Assembly (NCBI GenBank): GCA_031416195.1
Contig: JANOTE010000139.1
Location: forward strand, 1 to 31,137
Source of the DNA: Rhodoferax sp.
GTDB lineage: Bacteria; Pseudomonadota; Gammaproteobacteria; Burkholderiales; Burkholderiaceae_C
Length of the DNA: 31,137 nucleotides
Direction: 5' to 3'
Of this stretch, positions 18,104 to 26,477 are shown piece by piece. Below the pieces are notes generated by a model. That model saw nothing but the letters and a program-made list of their open reading frames with translations. It searched no databases and was not told the DNA's origin. The translations under genes and the position numbers were made by a program. The first letter of the stretch is position 1; every line of letters starts with the position of its first letter.

Positions 18104-18235
18104 GCTATACTTAACATAGCTGACTGTGCATATATTTCGTGGGCTAGATGCTTGTCTTATGCATAATTTGAGCTGCAAAACGGTTTTGGGCAGATTTTGG
18201 GGTAATTTTGGCTATTTTTTACTACATTTGTAGTA
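18104..18235. repeat. Dispersed AT-rich intergenic element, copy B
   Basis: GCTAT-N7-ATAGCT-N5-TGCA-N11-GGCTA (18104-18146), then AAAACGGTTTTGGGCAGATTT, then the near-palindrome TACTACATTTGTAGTA (18220-18235). Confidence 0.6.
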
Positions 18236-18269
18236 TATATTGAAGCTCAAGACCCCAAAATGACCAATG

Positions 18270-19112
18270 TCAAAACCGCACATCCAGCCAAACCTTCAGC
18301 TCAGCGAATACCGGCTCGGCTTCCAGCTCATTGAATATCTCGTGGTACAGCGCATCGAAACAGCGTGATGTGACAACCGTCGCGGGTGCAAGCTCACTGA
18401 AACGTCGGCTGCCTTGCGGGTTGACCAAGGCATCCGCGCCTGCGTACATAAGCAGCGTGGGCAGCTTCCAGCGCGGCGCGGCGGCGAGCGTGGCGGCCCC
18501 CGCAGTGGCAATGAAGAGGGCCAGTCGGGCGCTGACACGGTCATGAATGAGGCGGTCTTTTTTGTAGTCGTCAACCACGGCCGGGTCGTGCGAGATTTTC
18601 ATCACGTCCAGGCCGTTGCCTATGCGCAGGTTGGGGGCGATTTTCGGCAGGGTGGCCAGCAGCAACTTTTGAAACGCGTTCAAGCCCGGATCCAGCGCGG
18701 GGGACGAAAGAATGAGCGCATCCACCTCCCGCACCGCCCGCGCCACAAACAGGCCGGTCACCACGCCACCCATGCTGTGGCCCAGCAGGATCAGCGGGCT
18801 GCCTTTTTTCATCCGCAGGCGGGTGCTGTCAACGATGTCGGCCAGGTCATCGAGCAGGCGGTCATCCGATGTCAACCCGCCATGCGGCCCGCCCGATTCG
18901 CCGTGGCCGTACTGGTCATAGCTGCGCACGGCAAAGCCCCAGTGGTTCAAGCGGCGCGCCACGTGGTCGTAGCGGCCCGCATGCTCGCCCAGACCATGCA
19001 CGATGATGACCACACCGCGCAGCGGCTGGCCGGGCTCCAGCGGCCAGTCTTGCACGGCCAGGTTGTCGCCGTCGCTGGCAACGAAGGTGGACAGGGTGGT
19101 CTCGGCAGTCAT
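18270..19112 (-). CDS. Alpha/beta hydrolase, lysophospholipase/monoacylglycerol lipase-like
   Basis: VHGLGEH, DQYGHGESGG, nucleophile elbow GHSMGG, ADALVNP (Asp) and YHEIFNE (His). Confidence 0.9.
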   Translation of the reverse strand: MTAETTLSTFVASDGDNLAVQDWPLEPGQPLRGVVIIVHGLGEHAGRYDHVARRLNHWGFAVRSYDQYGHGESGGPHGGLTSDDRLLDDLADIVDSTRLRMKKGSPLILLGHSMGGVVTGLFVARAVREVDALILSSPALDPGLNAFQKLLLATLPKIAPNLRIGNGLDVMKISHDPAVVDDYKKDRLIHDRVSARLALFIATAGAATLAAAPRWKLPTLLMYAGADALVNPQGSRRFSELAPATVVTSRCFDALYHEIFNELEAEPVFAELKVWLDVRF

Positions 19113-19133
19113 CGCGACATCAATCGCGCGGTT

Positions 19134-20642
19134 TTACGGCAATTGCGCAATCACATGCGCCACGGCTGCGGTGAGCTTCTTGGCATACGGCACATGCAGA
19201 AACTCGTTGGGGCCGTGGGCATTGCTGCGCGGCCCCAGCACACCGCAGACCATCATCTGCGCCTGCGGGAAGCCCTGCGACAGCATGTTCATCAGCGGAA
19301 TTGTGCCGCCCTGGCCGATGTAGCCGCAGGGTGCGCCAAAGTGCGCGGTTGAGGCCTCGTTCAAAGCCTGCTCAAACCACGGCGAGGTACACGGCGCGTT
19401 CCAGCCGGTGGCACCGCCCGCGCCATTGAAGGTGACCTTGGCCTGGTACGGCGCGTTGTCTTCCAGCAGGGTTTTAAGTTCTTGCACAGCCGTTGCCGCA
19501 TCCACCAAAGGCGGCAGGCGCAGGCTGAGTTTGAACGCGGTGTACGGGCGCAGCACGTTGCCTGCGTCTTGCATGGCAGGAAAGCCTTCTGCACCCGTCA
19601 CGCTCAAAGTGGGCGACCAAGTTCGGTTAAGCAAGCCTTGCACCGGGTCGGTGGTGGTGGGCAGTGCGAACGCAGTGGAGCCACCACAGTCGTAATGCGC
19701 CCAGGGGAAGCGCTTGTGGACTTCATCGCCCAAGATCGCCGCTGTGGCCTTCGCTTGCGCCAGCCGATCGGCAGGTATTTCGCAATGGAAGCTGGCGGGC
19801 AGCAGGCGGCCGGTGGCGCTGTCTTCCAATCGATCCAGCACCTGGCGCATGATGCGAAAGCTTGATGGCACCAGGCCACTGGCATCACCGGAATGCACGC
19901 CCTCGGTCAATATTTCAACCTTCAACACGCCCGTGGCCATGCCGCGCAGGCTGCTGGTGAGCCACAGTTGGTCGTAGTTGCCGGCACCCGAGTCCAGGCA
20001 AATCACCAGCGCCACATCACCCAAGCGGTTGCGACCCGGTTCGCGCAGCGCATCCACATACGGCAGCAAGTCGCGCGAGCCACTTTCTTCGCAAGTTTCA
20101 ATCAAACCCACGATGCGCGGGTGCGCCACGCCTTGGGTTTTGAGCGCCTGAATCGCCGCGATGCTGGCATACACCGCGTAGCCATCGTCAGCACCGCCGC
20201 GGCCATAGAGCTTGCCGTCTTCGTACTTGGGTGTCCACGGCCCCAAGTCCGAGCGCCAGCCCGTGAATTCGGGTTGTTTGTCCAGGTGGCCATACATCAA
20301 CACGGTTTGGCCAGATGTGGTTTTGACCGCTGCGCTTGCCGTCTTGCCGTTATTGCCAGTTGACGCGGGCACTTCAAAAAACAGCACCGGCGTGCGCCCC
20401 GGCAGGCTGATAACGTCAAGCGTCAGGCCCTCCACTTTTTGAGCGCGCACCCAATCGGCTGCGTTGCGCATCACCGTGTCGATGTAACCATGGGCGGCCC
20501 AGTCGGGGTCGAAAATCGGCGACTTGGCCGGGATGGCGATGTAGTTGGTGATTTGGCGCACGATGTCGCTGTCCCACTGCTGGCTGACCTGGCTTAGCGC
20601 TTGGGTGGCGTTCAGCGCGAATTCGGAAACTCTGGCGTTCAT
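19134..20642 (-). CDS. M20-family metallopeptidase (dipeptidase-like)
   Basis: YGHLDKQP, LYGRGGADDG, ETCEESGS, HSG and SNAHGPNEFL motifs; AGGAG RBS. Confidence 0.92.
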   Translation of the reverse strand: MNARVSEFALNATQALSQVSQQWDSDIVRQITNYIAIPAKSPIFDPDWAAHGYIDTVMRNAADWVRAQKVEGLTLDVISLPGRTPVLFFEVPASTGNNGKTASAAVKTTSGQTVLMYGHLDKQPEFTGWRSDLGPWTPKYEDGKLYGRGGADDGYAVYASIAAIQALKTQGVAHPRIVGLIETCEESGSRDLLPYVDALREPGRNRLGDVALVICLDSGAGNYDQLWLTSSLRGMATGVLKVEILTEGVHSGDASGLVPSSFRIMRQVLDRLEDSATGRLLPASFHCEIPADRLAQAKATAAILGDEVHKRFPWAHYDCGGSTAFALPTTTDPVQGLLNRTWSPTLSVTGAEGFPAMQDAGNVLRPYTAFKLSLRLPPLVDAATAVQELKTLLEDNAPYQAKVTFNGAGGATGWNAPCTSPWFEQALNEASTAHFGAPCGYIGQGGTIPLMNMLSQGFPQAQMMVCGVLGPRSNAHGPNEFLHVPYAKKLTAAVAHVIAQLP

Positions 20643-20673
20643 GAAACACTCCTAGGCGGACAACACACATCCG

Positions 20674-20799
20674 ATGCAGATTATGCTTTTTCTTCACAAC
20701 AACCGCACTCACTTTGCCGTGCTGACCATGCTGGCATTGAGTGCCTGCGCGGGCAACCCTGATGCCATTCCTGTCGGCCCAAACCGTCATGCCGATTAG
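20674..20799 (+). CDS. Putative 41-aa small lipoprotein or truncated lipoprotein remnant (below the ORF-track cutoff)
   Basis: MQIMLFLHNNRTHFAVLTMLALSA-CAGNPDAIPVGPNRHAD*: Arg, hydrophobic core, then lipobox LSAC. It fills the gap between two minus-strand genes. Confidence 0.35.
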   Translation: MQIMLFLHNNRTHFAVLTMLALSACAGNPDAIPVGPNRHAD

Positions 20800-20829
20800 A
20801 CGACCGCGTTGACGCGAAACACTGGCGGC

Positions 20830-21531
20830 TCAACAGCCCAACTGGTCGGCCAGCGTCACCAAGTTCGTGGCGTGCCAGGTGTTGGCCGCGTTGGGTGAGA
20901 CATCGCTCGGCTGGTTCGCGCCAAACTCGTGCAGCCGTTCGATAAAGGCGCTTTGCAAACCGCAGTCGCGCGCAGCGGCCAGATCATCTTGATGCGCTGC
21001 GACCAGCATCACCTCGCCTGGGGCCAGATCAAACACTTTGGCCGCGCCTAAATAAGTTGATGGATGCGGCTTGTAAGCACGAAACACCTCTGCTGACAAG
21101 ATGCAGTCCCAAGGCAACCCCGCGCGCTTGGCCATGTTGGTGAGCAGGCCCAAATTGCCGTTGGACAGGGTACAGATCGTGAATTTGGTTTTAAGCCGGG
21201 TCAAGCCTGCCACCGAGTCCGGCCAGGCATCCAGCCGGTGCCAGGCCTTGTTCAGGTGGCGCTTGTCGGCCTCACTCAAGTGCGTGATTTTGAATTTGGT
21301 GAGGATCTCGTCCAGGATCATGCGGTGCAGGTCGTCGATCAGCGTCCAGCCCAGCTCGCCCGACATCACGCGCTTCATCGCCGGCTGATAACCCGCACGC
21401 CAAGCCAGCGCGAATTCGCCACCGTCGACGTGCAGGCCCATGGCATTCACCTCTTTGGCGATGCTGCCGTGCCAGTCGACCACGGTGCCGAAGATGTCAA
21501 ATACAAGAACTTTGGGGAGTGACGTACGCAT
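20830..21531 (-). CDS. Haloacid dehalogenase type II (HAD superfamily)
   Basis: FDIFGTVVDW (motif I), LSNGN (II), YKPHP (III) and VAAHQDDL (IV). Confidence 0.92.
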   Translation of the reverse strand: MRTSLPKVLVFDIFGTVVDWHGSIAKEVNAMGLHVDGGEFALAWRAGYQPAMKRVMSGELGWTLIDDLHRMILDEILTKFKITHLSEADKRHLNKAWHRLDAWPDSVAGLTRLKTKFTICTLSNGNLGLLTNMAKRAGLPWDCILSAEVFRAYKPHPSTYLGAAKVFDLAPGEVMLVAAHQDDLAAARDCGLQSAFIERLHEFGANQPSDVSPNAANTWHATNLVTLADQLGC

Positions 21532-21555
21532 GATTTCCTTTGATTTTCCTTTGAT

Positions 21556-22137
21556 TCAGGCTGAAAACTTGAAAACCGCCGTGCCCGCGCGCAGGTTTGG
21601 CGCAAAGTACACGCTGCGACTGTCTTGCAGACCGAACTTGTTAGATATTTTCAACTGGTTTCGCTCGGCCAGCGTTTCAAAATCTGCAAACGTGCCGACG
21701 CGGATGTTCGGCGTGTCATACCACTGGTAGGGAAGGCGCTTGGTGACGGGCATGCGCCCGCGCAATACGCTCAGGCGATTCGGCCAATGCGCGAAGTTGG
21801 GGAAGGCCACGATCCCTGTGCGACCTACGCGCGCGGTCTCCCGCAGCATCACCTCGGCATTGCGCAGATGTTGCAGCGTGTCGATTTGCAGCACGACGTC
21901 GAACGAGGCATCGTCAAACATCGTCAAGCCTTCGTCCAGGTTGAGCTGGATCACGTTCACACCGCGCTTGACGCAGGCCAGCACGTTGGCATCGTCAATT
22001 TCCACGCCGTAGCCGCTACAGCCGCGTGTTTTTTGCAAGTGCGCGAGCAGCGCGCCGTCGCCGCAGCCTAAATCGAGCACGCGCGCGCCTTGCGGCACCA
22101 GGCTGGCGATCACGTCCATGGTGGATAAGTCACTCAA
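21556..22137 (-). CDS. metW: Methionine biosynthesis protein MetW
   Basis: [12 protein letters not shown]-binding motif, FPNFAHW and WYDTPNIR; overlaps the metX stop. Confidence 0.95.
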   Translation of the reverse strand: MSDLSTMDVIASLVPQGARVLDLGCGDGALLAHLQKTRGCSGYGVEIDDANVLACVKRGVNVIQLNLDEGLTMFDDASFDVVLQIDTLQHLRNAEVMLRETARVGRTGIVAFPNFAHWPNRLSVLRGRMPVTKRLPYQWYDTPNIRVGTFADFETLAERNQLKISNKFGLQDSRSVYFAPNLRAGTAVFKFSA

Positions 22138-23285
22138 AATTTACTCCCGAGCGTCGCGTAAACGCCATCAAAATAGGAGCGTACTACGCTCATGTAGCGG
22201 GCATCATCGAGCAAAAATGCATCATGACCGTGGGGTGCGTCGATTTCGGCGTAGCTGATGTCGCGGCGGTTGTCTAACAGGGCTTTGACCAGCTCGCGGC
22301 TGCGCTTGGGTGAAAAGCGCCAATCCGTGGTGAAGCTGACCAGCAGGAACTTGGCCGTCGCGCGGGCCAGCGCCAGGCTCAGATTTCCACCATATTGGCG
22401 CGCGGGGTCAAAATAATCCAGCGCGCGGGTGATCAGCAAATAGGTGTTGGCATCAAAGTACTCGGCGAACTTGTCGCCTTGGTATCGCAAGTAACTTTCG
22501 ATTTGAAACTCAACATCCTGGGTAGAAAACTTGATCGCACTACCGCCTGCAAGCTCACGGCCGAACCTCTCGTTCATCACATCGTCACTTAAATAAGTAA
22601 TGTGGCCAATCATGCGGGCAATGCGCAGGCCCACCTTGGGTTTGGTCTCTGGCTTGTGCGCGTCAGCGTAAAAGTGGCCGCCGTTGAAATCCGGGTCGGT
22701 GGTAATAGCTCGGCGGGCCACTTCGTTGAACGCGATGTTCTCAGCGGTCAGGTTCGGCGCGCTGGCGATCACCACCGCATGGCGCACGCGATCGGGATAT
22801 TGAAGTGCCCAGCTTAGCGCCTGCATACCACCCAGCGAGCCGCCCATCACCGCAGCCAGGGTTTGGATGCCTAGAGCGTCCATCAACCGCGCCTGCGAGT
22901 TAACCCAGTCTTCAACCGTCATCACCGGAAAATCGGCCCCATAGACGCGGCCCGTGTCCGGGTTGACATGCATCGGCCCGGTAGAGCCAAAGCAGGAGCC
23001 CAGGTTGTTCACACCAATCACGAAAAAGCGATTCGTATCGACCGGTTTGCCGGGGCCAATCATGGTGTCCCACCAGCCTTCGGATTTATTTTGCCCCTCG
23101 TACACACCCGCAACGTGGTGCGAGGCATTCAGCGCGTGGCAGATCAGCACCGCGTTGCTTTTTCCCGCGTTCAATCTGCCGTAGGTCTCAAAACTCACGT
23201 CGTAGGAACGCAGGCTCGCGCCACTGTGCAAAGGCAGCACATCGGCGAAGTGCATCGACTGGGGCGTGGCAAACATCTGTTGCAA
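22134..23285 (-). CDS. metX: Homoserine O-acyltransferase (MetX family; acetyl versus succinyl specificity not determined)
   Basis: [32 protein letters not shown] (Ser), TTDWRF (Asp) and HGHDAFL (His). Start at 23285 or 23276. Confidence 0.96.
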   Translation of the reverse strand: MQQMFATPQSMHFADVLPLHSGASLRSYDVSFETYGRLNAGKSNAVLICHALNASHHVAGVYEGQNKSEGWWDTMIGPGKPVDTNRFFVIGVNNLGSCFGSTGPMHVNPDTGRVYGADFPVMTVEDWVNSQARLMDALGIQTLAAVMGGSLGGMQALSWALQYPDRVRHAVVIASAPNLTAENIAFNEVARRAITTDPDFNGGHFYADAHKPETKPKVGLRIARMIGHITYLSDDVMNERFGRELAGGSAIKFSTQDVEFQIESYLRYQGDKFAEYFDANTYLLITRALDYFDPARQYGGNLSLALARATAKFLLVSFTTDWRFSPKRSRELVKALLDNRRDISYAEIDAPHGHDAFLLDDARYMSVVRSYFDGVYATLGSKF

Positions 23286-23296
23286 TCAATCACTGG

Positions 23297-23362
23297 AAAA
23301 AACAAAACCCGGTATCTCGATCCTTGGATTTAGCTTAGTTAGCTTAAGGGAGCGAGGCCGGG
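23297..23362 (-). terminator. Terminator/attenuator hairpin in the metX leader (riboswitch expression platform)
   Basis: Minus strand CCCGG-CCTCG...CGAG-ATA-CCGGG followed by TTTTGTTTTTT, lying between the aptamer and the metX start. Confidence 0.65.
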
Positions 23363-23373
23363 TGGGCATGCGT

Positions 23374-23421
23374 CTTTAGCTGAACTTATTACGCGCCCGC
23401 AAGCTGTGGCAAATCGGCGCA
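23374..23421 (-). ncRNA. SAM-II riboswitch aptamer upstream of metX
   Basis: Minus strand GCGCC-GATTT-GCCACAGC-TTGC-GGGCGC-GTAATAAGTTC-AGCTAAAG follows the SAM-II layout (P1 GCGCC/GGCGC, GAUUU, UUGC, AGCUAAA). metX is a typical SAM-II target. Confidence 0.85.
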
Positions 23422-23426
23422 AATCC

Positions 23427-23435
23427 AGTATAGCA
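23427..23435 (-). promoter_or_regulatory. Extended -10 promoter for the metX leader
   Basis: Minus strand TG-C-TATACT, about 6 nt upstream of the first aptamer base. Confidence 0.6.
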
Positions 23436-23543
23436 ACTGGGAAATATTTGGACAGCCCTCGCTGGGTAAGTAAGATTAACGGCTCAGACTATTGCACTGC
23501 GCAAATCGGCACACGGCGTGTAATGCGCTCGTCGCCAAACAAC

Positions 23544-23559
23544 TGGCGCGTTTTTTGCT
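23544..23559 (+). promoter_or_regulatory. sigma54 (-24/-12) promoter for the ammonium transporter
   Basis: TGGCGCG-TTTT-TTGCT matches TGGCACG-N4-TTGCW with exact GG-N10-GC spacing, upstream of a nitrogen-uptake gene. Confidence 0.7.
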
Positions 23560-23632
23560 TCAATCTGGTGCGTTTCGGAAAAAATCCGAAGATTCGCACC
23601 ATAAACAATCATTTCACATCAAAGAGGATCGT

Positions 23633-24835
23633 ATGGAAGCACTAAAACAGGGCTCGGATGCCTTGTTCATCTTATTGGGCGGCATCATGGTGCTGGCCAT
23701 GCATGCTGGTTTCGCGTTCCTGGAGTTGGGAACTGTACGCAAAAAGAATCAGGTCAACGCGCTGGTGAAGATTCTGGTGGATTTTTCGGTCTCGACCGTA
23801 GTTTACTTTTTGGTCGGCTACGGTGTAGCGTATGGCACCAGCTTTTTCGTTGGCGCCGAGCAACTCGCTGCGAAAAACGGTTATGACCTGGTGAAGTTTT
23901 TCTTCCTGTTGACGTTTGCCGCAGCGATTCCCGCAATCATTTCAGGCGGTATTGCCGAACGCGCCAAGTTTTGGCCGCAACTGATCGCAACGGCGGTCAT
24001 CGTGGGCTTTATTTACCCGTTCTTTGAAGGTATTGTGTGGAATCAGCAGTTCGGGATTCAAGCCTGGATCAAGGCGATAACCGGGGAAGAGTTCCACGAC
24101 TTCGCGGGTTCGGTGGTGGTGCATGCCGTAGGCGGCTGGCTGGCGCTGCCGGCCATTATTTTGCTGGGTGCGCGCGCGAACCGATATCGCAAAGATGGCT
24201 CTATCAGCGCGCATCCACCGTCTAACATTCCCTTTTTGGCACTCGGTGCTTGGATTCTGACAGTGGGCTGGTTCGGCTTCAATGTGATGAGCGCACAAAC
24301 GATCGACAAAATATCGGGCCTCGTGGCGGTGAATTCTTTGATGGCGATGGTAGGCGGTACCTTGGTCGCGCTGGCAGTGGGCAAGAACGACCCGGGCTTC
24401 ATCCATAACGGCCCGCTGGCGGGTCTGGTTGCGGTTTGTGCAGGCTCAGACCTGATGCACCCGCTGGGCGCGCTGGTGGTGGGCGGTATCGCTGGCGCGA
24501 TTTTTGTCGTGATGTTCACGCTCACACAAAACAGATGGAAGATTGACGACGTCTTGGGCGTGTGGCCGCTGCACGGCCTGTGCGGTGCCTGGGGCGGCCT
24601 GGCTGCTGGAATTTTTGGAAGCAAAGCCCTCGGTGGTCTGGGCGGAGTGAGCTTTTCCGCGCAACTGATGGGTACCGCGATGGGCGTGTCTTGGGCGCTG
24701 ATTGCTGGCTGGCTGCTTTACCGAATCCTCAAAGCAACCATGGGGCTGCGCATGTCGCAGGAGGAAGAATTTGAAGGCGCAGATTTATCGATTCACCGCA
24801 TTGGCTCCACGCCAGACCGGGAGGTGAATTGGTAG
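23633..24835 (+). CDS. amt: Ammonium transporter (Amt family)
   Basis: AGFAFLELG, ISGGIAER, HDFAGSVVVH, GWFGFN, GPLAGLVAV and DDVLGVWPLHG, so the twin His pair is intact. Start at ATG 23633 after AGAGGA. Confidence 0.95.
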   Translation: MEALKQGSDALFILLGGIMVLAMHAGFAFLELGTVRKKNQVNALVKILVDFSVSTVVYFLVGYGVAYGTSFFVGAEQLAAKNGYDLVKFFFLLTFAAAIPAIISGGIAERAKFWPQLIATAVIVGFIYPFFEGIVWNQQFGIQAWIKAITGEEFHDFAGSVVVHAVGGWLALPAIILLGARANRYRKDGSISAHPPSNIPFLALGAWILTVGWFGFNVMSAQTIDKISGLVAVNSLMAMVGGTLVALAVGKNDPGFIHNGPLAGLVAVCAGSDLMHPLGALVVGGIAGAIFVVMFTLTQNRWKIDDVLGVWPLHGLCGAWGGLAAGIFGSKALGGLGGVSFSAQLMGTAMGVSWALIAGWLLYRILKATMGLRMSQEEEFEGADLSIHRIGSTPDREVNW

Positions 24836-24946
24836 TCCGACGAAAGCGTCTGCCCTGAGACGCGTTACGAACGTTGATGTCAGGTCGCCGTCTAGCAGAC
24901 TTTGGCTCTTTATTTTCACAAAACACGATCAACTCAGAAAAATAGT

Positions 24947-24974
24947 TTGTATTTTTGTCCACTTGGCGCATAAT
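24947..24974 (+). promoter_or_regulatory. Candidate sigma70 promoter for the RRM protein gene
   Basis: TTGTAT-N16-CATAAT, implying a leader of about 140 nt. Confidence 0.45.
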
Positions 24975-25123
24975 AGAGGGGTATTGCCGAGGAATCGGCA
25001 TACGCGTTTGCGGTATGTAGTCAGTTTCCCGTCTGCTTGAAGTCTTGACAAGTTTGTTGTTGATAGTGGGTTGAGTGGTGATCGGACTAAATCGCGTTTT
25101 GAGTTATTTTCAGGAGTCCTTTC

Positions 25124-25570
25124 ATGGGCAACAAACTTTACGTAGGCAATCTGCCTTATTCTTTCCGTGATGAAGACCTTCAACAGGCTTTCGCTGCTCA
25201 CGGTGCTGTCTCCAGTGCCAAAGTCATGATGGAACGCGACACTGGCCGCTCCAAGGGCTTCGGCTTTGTGGAAATGGGCAGTGATGCTGAGGCACAAGCC
25301 GCTATCAGTGGCATGAACGGCCAACAATACGGTGGTCGCGGTCTCGTCGTGAACGAAGCACGCCCGATGGAGCCACGTGCTCCTCGTAGCGGCGGCTTCG
25401 GCGGCGGTGCGGGTGGCGGCGGCGGCGGTTATGGCGGCGGCGCCGGTGGTGGCGGTCGCAGTGGCGGCGGCGGCGGCGGTGGTTACGGCGGCGGTGCTGG
25501 CGGTGGCCGCAGCGGTGGCGGTGGTGGCGGTGGGTATGGCGGCGGCGGCGGTGGCCGTAGCAGCTACTGA
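25124..25570 (+). CDS. RNA-binding protein: RRM domain plus Gly-rich tail
   Basis: RNP2 LYVGNL and RNP1 KGFGFVEM; CAGGAG RBS; RS-G(n)-Y-G(n) tail. Confidence 0.96.
   Translation: MGNKLYVGNLPYSFRDEDLQQAFAAHGAVSSAKVMMERDTGRSKGFGFVEMGSDAEAQAAISGMNGQQYGGRGLVVNEARPMEPRAPRSGGFGGGAGGGGGGYGGGAGGGGRSGGGGGGGYGGGAGGGRSGGGGGGGYGGGGGGRSSY
25385..25567 (+). repeat. Imperfect tandem Gly-rich coding repeat
   Basis: About three units of RSGGGGGGGYGGG(A)GGG encoded by GGC/GGT runs. Confidence 0.85.
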
Positions 25571-25615
25571 TCGATCTACGCTGACAAACTTCCTTGAGGG
25601 GTTTGCGAACCGATC

Positions 25616-25642
25616 AAAAAAGGGCCTTCGAGGCCCTTTTTT
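25616..25642. terminator. Bidirectional intrinsic terminator between the RRM gene and the SDR gene
   Basis: AAAAAAGGGCCT-TCG-AGGCCCTTTTTT, with perfect 12-nt arms. Confidence 0.92.
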
Positions 25643-25664
25643 ACGTTTGCAAGTATGTGGGCGC

Positions 25665-26453
25665 TCATACGGGAGCTTGTGCCGCCCCCTTGCGCGCCTT
25701 TCTGGCCCGACCTGCAAACGCACGGTCAAACGCCCAGTTGGGCAGAATTCGCAACAGCTTCGCTACGATCCCCATTTGCCAGGGGATGACCCGGTAGCTC
25801 GCCCCAGCTTCAATTGTCTTGAAGGCTTGATCTGCAAATGCTTCGGGCTGCATCAGAAACGGCATGGACATTTGGTTTTGTTGCGTGAGCGGTGTGGCGA
25901 TGTAGCCAGGGCAAATCGTCACGACGCGGACACCACTGCTTTTAAGTTCAAGGCGAAGAGACTCGCAGTAAACGATCATTGCCGCCTTGCTCGGACAATT
26001 TGCCCCGTGGCCGGCAAAACCGCGAATACCATTGACACTGCCGATGCCCACCAAGGTGCCCGATTTACGGGCTTTCATCGCCGCAAGAAACGGATGAAAG
26101 GTGGCGGCGGTGCCAATGTTGTTGGTGGCAAATGTTTGGGCCATGACATCCAGGTCAGCACGCTCTGAGGTGTCGACACCGACACTCATGCCCGCGCAGG
26201 CGATCACCACATCCGGCAGGCCCTGGGTGGCCAAACAGGCTTGGCCAGCGGCGACTATGCTGTCCGTCTGGGTGACATCCGCGCTGTAAATTCGGTAGCG
26301 CTCTTTTGACCAACCCTGCTTCTGAGCCCACGTCTCAACCGCCTCGGTGCGCCGCGCCACCAGGGCCAGCACAAAGCCTGCATGGTAGTAGCGCACTGCC
26401 AGCGCCTGGCCTAACCCACTGGAGGCACCCGTCACGAAAACCAATTGAACCAT
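25665..26453 (-). CDS. Short-chain dehydrogenase/reductase (catalytic Tyr position is Asn)
   Basis: VTGASSGLG Rossmann motif and ACAG. The YxxxK position reads NCPSK; VTICPGYIATPLT follows. Confidence 0.92.
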   Translation of the reverse strand: MVQLVFVTGASSGLGQALAVRYYHAGFVLALVARRTEAVETWAQKQGWSKERYRIYSADVTQTDSIVAAGQACLATQGLPDVVIACAGMSVGVDTSERADLDVMAQTFATNNIGTAATFHPFLAAMKARKSGTLVGIGSVNGIRGFAGHGANCPSKAAMIVYCESLRLELKSSGVRVVTICPGYIATPLTQQNQMSMPFLMQPEAFADQAFKTIEAGASYRVIPWQMGIVAKLLRILPNWAFDRAFAGRARKARKGAAQAPV

Positions 26454-26477
26454 GCACTTCCTTAAGTTGGCGAGCGA

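Noticed and set aside
22167-22182. TCAAAATAGGAGC resembling the AT-rich dispersed element
   Set aside because: It lies inside metX coding sequence (RSYFD) and lacks the N5-TGCA-N11-GGCTA continuation; probably coincidental.
25385-25567. CRISPR-like or mobile repeat
   Set aside because: Low-complexity Gly codons within a coding sequence, with no repeat-spacer structure and no cas genes. No CRISPR array, tRNA, transposase or integrase was recognised anywhere in the window.
24929-26168. Ala/Thr-rich and Ala/Val-rich ORFs (24929-25729 minus, 25377-26168 plus)
   Set aside because: Alternative-frame and antisense readings of the GGC/GGT repeat of the RRM gene.
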